Positions 59,731 to 64,000 of a DNA stretch of 64,000 nucleotides are shown here, in pieces. A program made the position numbers and the translations under genes. A model generated the notes under the pieces. It searched no databases and had not been told where the DNA came from. It saw nothing but the letters and a program-made list of their open reading frames with translations. The DNA comes from an uncultured Acidobacteriota bacterium (GTDB lineage: Bacteria; Acidobacteriota; Thermoanaerobaculia; UBA5066; DATFVB01). Numbering within the stretch: the first letter of the stretch is position 1; the number at the start of each line of letters is the position of its first letter. The stretch is taken from NCBI GenBank assembly GCA_963813155.1, contig CAWEYG010000001.1:832001-896000 (forward strand), in the 5' to 3' direction.

Positions 59731-60984
59731 ATGAAGACGACGCGCCGCCAGTTCATGAAAACTACGGGAGCCGTGGCCGTCGGCGCGACGCTCGCGCCGG
59801 CGCTGGCCGGCGGAGAAGCCCCGGCCGTCGCGACCGGCGACGTTTACGACGTCGCCATCGTCGGATCCGGCGTGTTCGGCGCGTGGATCGCCTACTCGCT
59901 GCGTCAAAAGGGACGCCGTGTCGCGCTGCTCGACGCGTACGGTCCCGCGACGGCGCGCGCAAGCTCCGGCGGCCAGACGCGCGTCATCCGCATGGGGTAC
60001 GGCGACAAGGAGGTCTACACGCGCTGGTCGATGCATTCCCTGGATCTCTGGAAAGCCGTCTTCGAAAAGATCGGCCAGCCCGAGCTGTTTCAAAAGGCCG
60101 GCGTGCTGTGGATGGCGCGCGGAGAGGACCCCCTGACGACGACGACGCTCGCGACCCTGAAGAAGGTCGGCACCGTGCATGAAAGGGTCGACCGCGCGGA
60201 GCTCGAGCGCCGCTGGCCGCAGATCGACTTCGGCCCGGTGACCTGGGCGATCCACGAGCCCGACAGCGGCTTCCTTCTCGCCTTTCGCGCCGTGGAGGCG
60301 CTCGTCGACGCGGCCCGGTCGGCGGGAGTCGAATACTTGCAGGAGGCCGTCGTCCCGCCGGAGGGGAAGGGTCGGCTCGCCTCGGTCGCGACGCGCTCGG
60401 GCAGGAAGATCTCGGCCGGCACGTTCGTGTTCGCGTGCGGCCCGTGGCTGCCGAAGGTTTTTCCCGACCTGCTCGGCGAGAGGATCTTTCCGACCCGCCA
60501 GGAAGTGTTCTACTTCGGGCCGGCTTCCGGCGACGCGCGCTTCCGACCCCCTCAGATGCCTGTGTGGGTCGATTTCTCGGAAGAAATCTACGGCCTTCCC
60601 GATCACGAGGGGCGCGGTTTCAAAGCGTCGCTCGACCGCCACGGCCCCCCGATCGATCCCGACACGGGCACGCGGATCGTCACGCCCGAGACCCTGGCCG
60701 AGGTCCGGAATTTCGTCGGGCGCCGCTTTCCCGGCCTCAAAGACGCCCCGATCGTGGGAAGCGAAGTGTGCCAGTACGAAAACACGTCCAACGGCGATTT
60801 CCTCATCGACCGCCATCCCGAGCGGGACAACGTCTGGCTCGTCGGGGGCGGCTCGGGCCACGGCTACAAGCACGGCCCCGCGATGGGCGAGTACGTCACG
60901 GCTCGCCTGCTGGAGGGCGGCGCCGTGGAGCCGCGGTTCAGCCTCGCGACGAAGGAAAAAGTCCAGAAACGCGCGGTTTACTAG
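59731..60984 (+). CDS. FAD-dependent oxidoreductase (monomeric sarcosine oxidase-like) with Tat signal
   Basis: TTRRQFMK; [37 protein letters not shown]. Confidence 0.88.
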   Translation: MKTTRRQFMKTTGAVAVGATLAPALAGGEAPAVATGDVYDVAIVGSGVFGAWIAYSLRQKGRRVALLDAYGPATARASSGGQTRVIRMGYGDKEVYTRWSMHSLDLWKAVFEKIGQPELFQKAGVLWMARGEDPLTTTTLATLKKVGTVHERVDRAELERRWPQIDFGPVTWAIHEPDSGFLLAFRAVEALVDAARSAGVEYLQEAVVPPEGKGRLASVATRSGRKISAGTFVFACGPWLPKVFPDLLGERIFPTRQEVFYFGPASGDARFRPPQMPVWVDFSEEIYGLPDHEGRGFKASLDRHGPPIDPDTGTRIVTPETLAEVRNFVGRRFPGLKDAPIVGSEVCQYENTSNGDFLIDRHPERDNVWLVGGGSGHGYKHGPAMGEYVTARLLEGGAVEPRFSLATKEKVQKRAVY

Positions 60985-61018
60985 GATCCGGCCCCCGGGG
61001 TGGAGGCCTGAAACTCGC

Positions 61019-61055
61019 TTGACACCCACGATTACATATCTATAATTGTCGATGT
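61019..61055 (+). promoter_or_regulatory. Sigma70 promoter and probable ArsR operator
   Basis: TTGACA (61019) and TATAAT (61041); ATTGTCGATGTAT resembles ATTGTTTTCGATGTAT at ~61387. Confidence 0.7.
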
Positions 61056-61361
61056 ATGGATGAATCGAAAGTCGCCGAAGCCTTCAAGGCACTCGCGGAT
61101 CCGACCCGGGTGAAGATCCTGTCGCTGCTGAAGGCGAGGGGTCGCTCGTGCTGCGAGCTGATCACGCGAGGCGAGCCCGGTCTCTGCGCCTGCGACATCG
61201 AGGAAGCCGTCAAGCTCTCCCAGGCCGCCGTCTCGCACCACATGGGATTGCTGCGCCGGGCGGGCTGGTCGAAGCGGAGAAGCGGGGCCGGTGGGTCTAC
61301 TACCGGCGAAACGAGGCGGCGATCGCCCGCCTCGCGGACGTGGTTGCCAAAGGCCGTCTGA
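61056..61361 (+). CDS. arsR: ArsR/SmtB family repressor (internal frameshifts ~61263 and ~61350)
   Basis: FKALADPTRVKIL, LCACDI, LSQAAVSHHM; alternative frame gives LVEAEKRGRWVYY. Confidence 0.85.
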   Translation: MDESKVAEAFKALADPTRVKILSLLKARGRSCCELITRGEPGLCACDIEEAVKLSQAAVSHHMGLLRRAGWSKRRSGAGGSTTGETRRRSPASRTWLPKAV

Positions 61362-61421
61362 AGGGTTTTTTTGGGATGAGAGTTCTATTGTTTTCGATGT
61401 ATAGATAGAAGGAGGTTCCCC

Positions 61422-61868
61422 ATGTCGTCCGTGCACATCTCGTTGAACGTCTCGAACCTGGACCGGTCGGTCGATTTCTACAGCCGCCTCTTCGGCGAGC
61501 CGGCGAAGCGGAAGACCGACTACGCGAAGTTCGTGACCGAAGACCCGGCCATTCACCTCGCGATGCAGCCGGCCCCGGCCCCGCCCGTTCCCGCGGGCTC
61601 GCTTTCTCACCTCGGAATCCGCGTCGAGACCGACGCGGAAGTCCGCCGCTGGCGCGACCGCGTGCAGACGAGCGGCCTCTCGTACGAGGACGAAATCAAC
61701 ACCACCTGCTGCTATGCGCGCCAGGACAAATTCTGGGTGACCGACCCCGATGGAAACCGCTGGGAGGTGTACAACGTCCTCGAAGACGTGGACTCCCTTC
61801 CGGTCGCCGGCGGCAAGTCGGCCTGCTGCTCGCCGACGACGGCGTCCGGCGAGACCCCCGCGCGATGA
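61422..61868 (+). CDS. ArsI/CadI family VOC metalloenzyme (C-As lyase-like)
   Basis: [36 protein letters not shown]. Confidence 0.85.
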   Translation: MSSVHISLNVSNLDRSVDFYSRLFGEPAKRKTDYAKFVTEDPAIHLAMQPAPAPPVPAGSLSHLGIRVETDAEVRRWRDRVQTSGLSYEDEINTTCCYARQDKFWVTDPDGNRWEVYNVLEDVDSLPVAGGKSACCSPTTASGETPAR

Positions 61869-62299
61869 TGCCCGAGCCGGCGCGGGTCCTTTTTCTCTGC
61901 ACGGGGAACTCGGCCCGCTCACAGATGGCGGAGGCGATCCTGCGCCATCTCTCGAAGGGATCCGTCGCGGTCGAGAGCGCCGGGAGCGATCCCCGCGCTC
62001 AGATCCATCCGGGGGCCCGGGAAGCCGTGCGCAGGATGTTCGGTCTCGAGATGACCGGCCAGCGCCCGAAGTCGATGAACGACTTTCTGTCGCAGAAGTT
62101 CGACTTCGTGATCACCGTCTGCGATCGCGCGGCGGAGGCGTGCCCGAATTTCCCCGGAGCGCCCGAAGTGATCCGATGGAGCCTGCCCGATCCCGCCGAG
62201 GCGGCCGGGACCGAGGAAGAGAAACGTCGGGCGTTCGAGAACAGCGCGAGAGACCTCCTTCAGCGCATCCGGCTCTGGCTCGCGATGCATCGCCCATGA
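61865..62299 (+). CDS. arsC: Arsenate reductase (LMW-PTP fold)
   Basis: [32 protein letters not shown]. Confidence 0.9.
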   Translation: MMPEPARVLFLCTGNSARSQMAEAILRHLSKGSVAVESAGSDPRAQIHPGAREAVRRMFGLEMTGQRPKSMNDFLSQKFDFVITVCDRAAEACPNFPGAPEVIRWSLPDPAEAAGTEEEKRRAFENSARDLLQRIRLWLAMHRP

Positions 62300-63339
62300 C
62301 GGCTCTCCCGCGGCTTTCCTTCGTCAACCGCTTTCTGACCCTCTGGATTTTCCTGGCCATGGGACTGGGCGTCCTGCTCGGCTACGCGATCCCCGGCCTT
62401 CCCCGCGCCCTCAACGCCTGGAACGCCGGCACTACGAGCGTGCCTCTGGCGATCGGCCTGATCCTGATGATGTATCCGCCCCTCGCTCGGGTGAAATACG
62501 AGGAGCTTTATCGGGTCTTCCGCAACAAGCGGGTTCTGGGCCTGTCCCTCCTGCAGAACTGGATCGTCGGTCCTCTTCTCATGTTCGGACTCGCCGTGCT
62601 CTTCCTGCGGGACAAGCCGGAATACATGCTGGGCCTGATTCTCATCGGGCTGGCCCGCTGCATCGCGATGGTCGTCGTGTGGAACGACCTGGCGGGGGGA
62701 GACCCCGAGTATTGCGCGGGCCTGGTCGCCTTCAACGCGATCTTTCAGGTGCTTTTCTTCAGCGCTTACGCGTGGTTCTTCGCGACCGTGCTTCCCGCTC
62801 GCCTGGGACTCCCGGGCGCGGTCGTGAACGTCACGATCGGCCAGATCGCCCGGAGCGTCTTCCTCTATCTGGGCATCCCTTTCCTCGCCGGATTCCTGAC
62901 GCGCCTCGTCCTCGGCAAGATCAAGGGGCTGGAGTGGTACCACCGGGTCTTCGTGCCCGCGATCGCTCCGCTCACGCTCCTCGCGCTGCTGTTCACGATC
63001 GTCGTCCTGTTCAGCCTGAAGGGCGAGGCGATCGTGAAGCTCCCGCTCGACGTCCTGCGCATCGCGATTCCGCTGTTGATCTATTTCGCGCTGATGTTCG
63101 CGCTGAGCTTCTGGATGAGCCGGAGGGCCGGCGCGACGTACCCGCAGACGGCGACGCTTTCTTTCACGGCGGCCTCCAACAACTTCGAGCTGGCCATCGC
63201 CGTCGCGGTCGCCACGTTCGGGATCGGCTCGGGCGAAGCGTTCGCCGCGGTGATCGGTCCCCTCGTCGAGGTGCCCGTCCTCCTCGGGCTCGTCCACGTC
63301 TCGGTGCGGCTCGGAAAGCGCTTTTCCGCGATCCGGTAG
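62296..63339 (+). CDS. acr3: ACR3 family arsenite efflux transporter
   Basis: [48 protein letters not shown]. Confidence 0.93.
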   Translation: MTALPRLSFVNRFLTLWIFLAMGLGVLLGYAIPGLPRALNAWNAGTTSVPLAIGLILMMYPPLARVKYEELYRVFRNKRVLGLSLLQNWIVGPLLMFGLAVLFLRDKPEYMLGLILIGLARCIAMVVVWNDLAGGDPEYCAGLVAFNAIFQVLFFSAYAWFFATVLPARLGLPGAVVNVTIGQIARSVFLYLGIPFLAGFLTRLVLGKIKGLEWYHRVFVPAIAPLTLLALLFTIVVLFSLKGEAIVKLPLDVLRIAIPLLIYFALMFALSFWMSRRAGATYPQTATLSFTAASNNFELAIAVAVATFGIGSGEAFAAVIGPLVEVPVLLGLVHVSVRLGKRFSAIR

Positions 63340-63352
63340 ACTTCCCTCTCTC

Positions 63353-64000
63353 TTGAGATTCTGGCGCATCTACTTTCTGTTCGTCGTGATTCCCGCGCTG
63401 GGGGTCGCGGCCGTCCTTCGCTTCCATCCGGGAACTCCGCCGTTCGCCGCGCCGGCCACCTCCGTCGTCGCGGCCGCGCCGGGCGCGAGAGCCGACCTGC
63501 CGAACATCGCGACCCTGCTCGCGCAGATCGGCGTGATCCTCCTCGCGACGAGGCTCGCGGGTGCGCTGTTTCGGAAGATGGGTCAGCCGCAGGTCGTCGG
63601 AGAGATGGCGGCCGGAATCCTTCTCGGGCCGTCGCTTCTCGGATGGATCGCGCCGCATTTTGCTTCCGCCCTGTTTCCCGCGCCGAGCCTCGGCTTTCTG
63701 AACGCGCTCTCCCAGGTCGGCCTCGTCCTGTACATGTTCCTCGTGGGGCTGGAGCTCGATCTCGGGTCGCTGAAGGAGCGCGGGCACGTGGCCGTCCTGA
63801 CGAGCCACGCGAGTATCCTCGCGCCGTTCTTTCTCGGAACGCTGCTCGCCGTGCGTCTCTATGGCTCCTTCGCGGGACCGGGCGTGGGGTTCGCGCCGTT
63901 CGCCCTGTTCCTGGGCGCGGCGATGAGCGTGACGGCCTTCCCCGTTCTCGCGCGAATCCTCACCGACCGGAACCTGCAGCGGACTTCCCTCGGCAGCCTG
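63353..64000 (+). CDS. Cation:proton antiporter (CPA2), runs off the window
   Basis: Manual translation gives GQPQVVGEMAAGILLGPSLLG, YMFLVGLELD, MSVTAFPVLARIL. Start uncertain. Confidence 0.85.
   Translation, partial: MRFWRIYFLFVVIPALGVAAVLRFHPGTPPFAAPATSVVAAAPGARADLPNIATLLAQIGVILLATRLAGALFRKMGQPQVVGEMAAGILLGPSLLGWIAPHFASALFPAPSLGFLNALSQVGLVLYMFLVGLELDLGSLKERGHVAVLTSHASILAPFFLGTLLAVRLYGSFAGPGVGFAPFALFLGAAMSVTAFPVLARILTDRNLQRTSLGSL

Noticed and set aside
2416-61361. Many frameshifted genes as pseudogenes, phase variation or programmed frameshifting
   Set aside because: Indels hit unrelated genes (M3 peptidase, arsR, gene A, kinases), often in short homopolymers and sometimes in compensating pairs, and no in-frame stops were noticed. 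This is typical of long-read error. Real decay of STK2 and STK3 (three each) cannot be excluded.

Overview
GC-rich bacterial DNA. Gene content suggests Acidobacteriota, possibly Thermoanaerobaculia-like (inference only). Many single-base frameshifts, several in homopolymers, look like long-read assembly errors. The main feature is a family of 11 paralogous Hanks-type Ser/Thr receptor-like kinases (STK1-11), all on the minus strand. Each has a highly similar N-terminal kinase, one transmembrane helix and a variable external sensor (three beta-propeller types or TolB-N/TPR). Ten of them form a ~40 kb array starting at a tRNA-Arg(TCT) whose 3' end recurs twice downstream as att-like scars; no integrase is seen. 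Eight kinases share a TAGAAT...(A/T)GGAGA leader and ten start with non-ATG codons. Other genes include secreted peptidases and propeller proteins, an apparent in-frame deletion-fusion of two neighbouring genes, a MazEF-like TA pair, two AraC/enzyme divergons, pruA, three REP-like repeat families and an ars operon at the right end.
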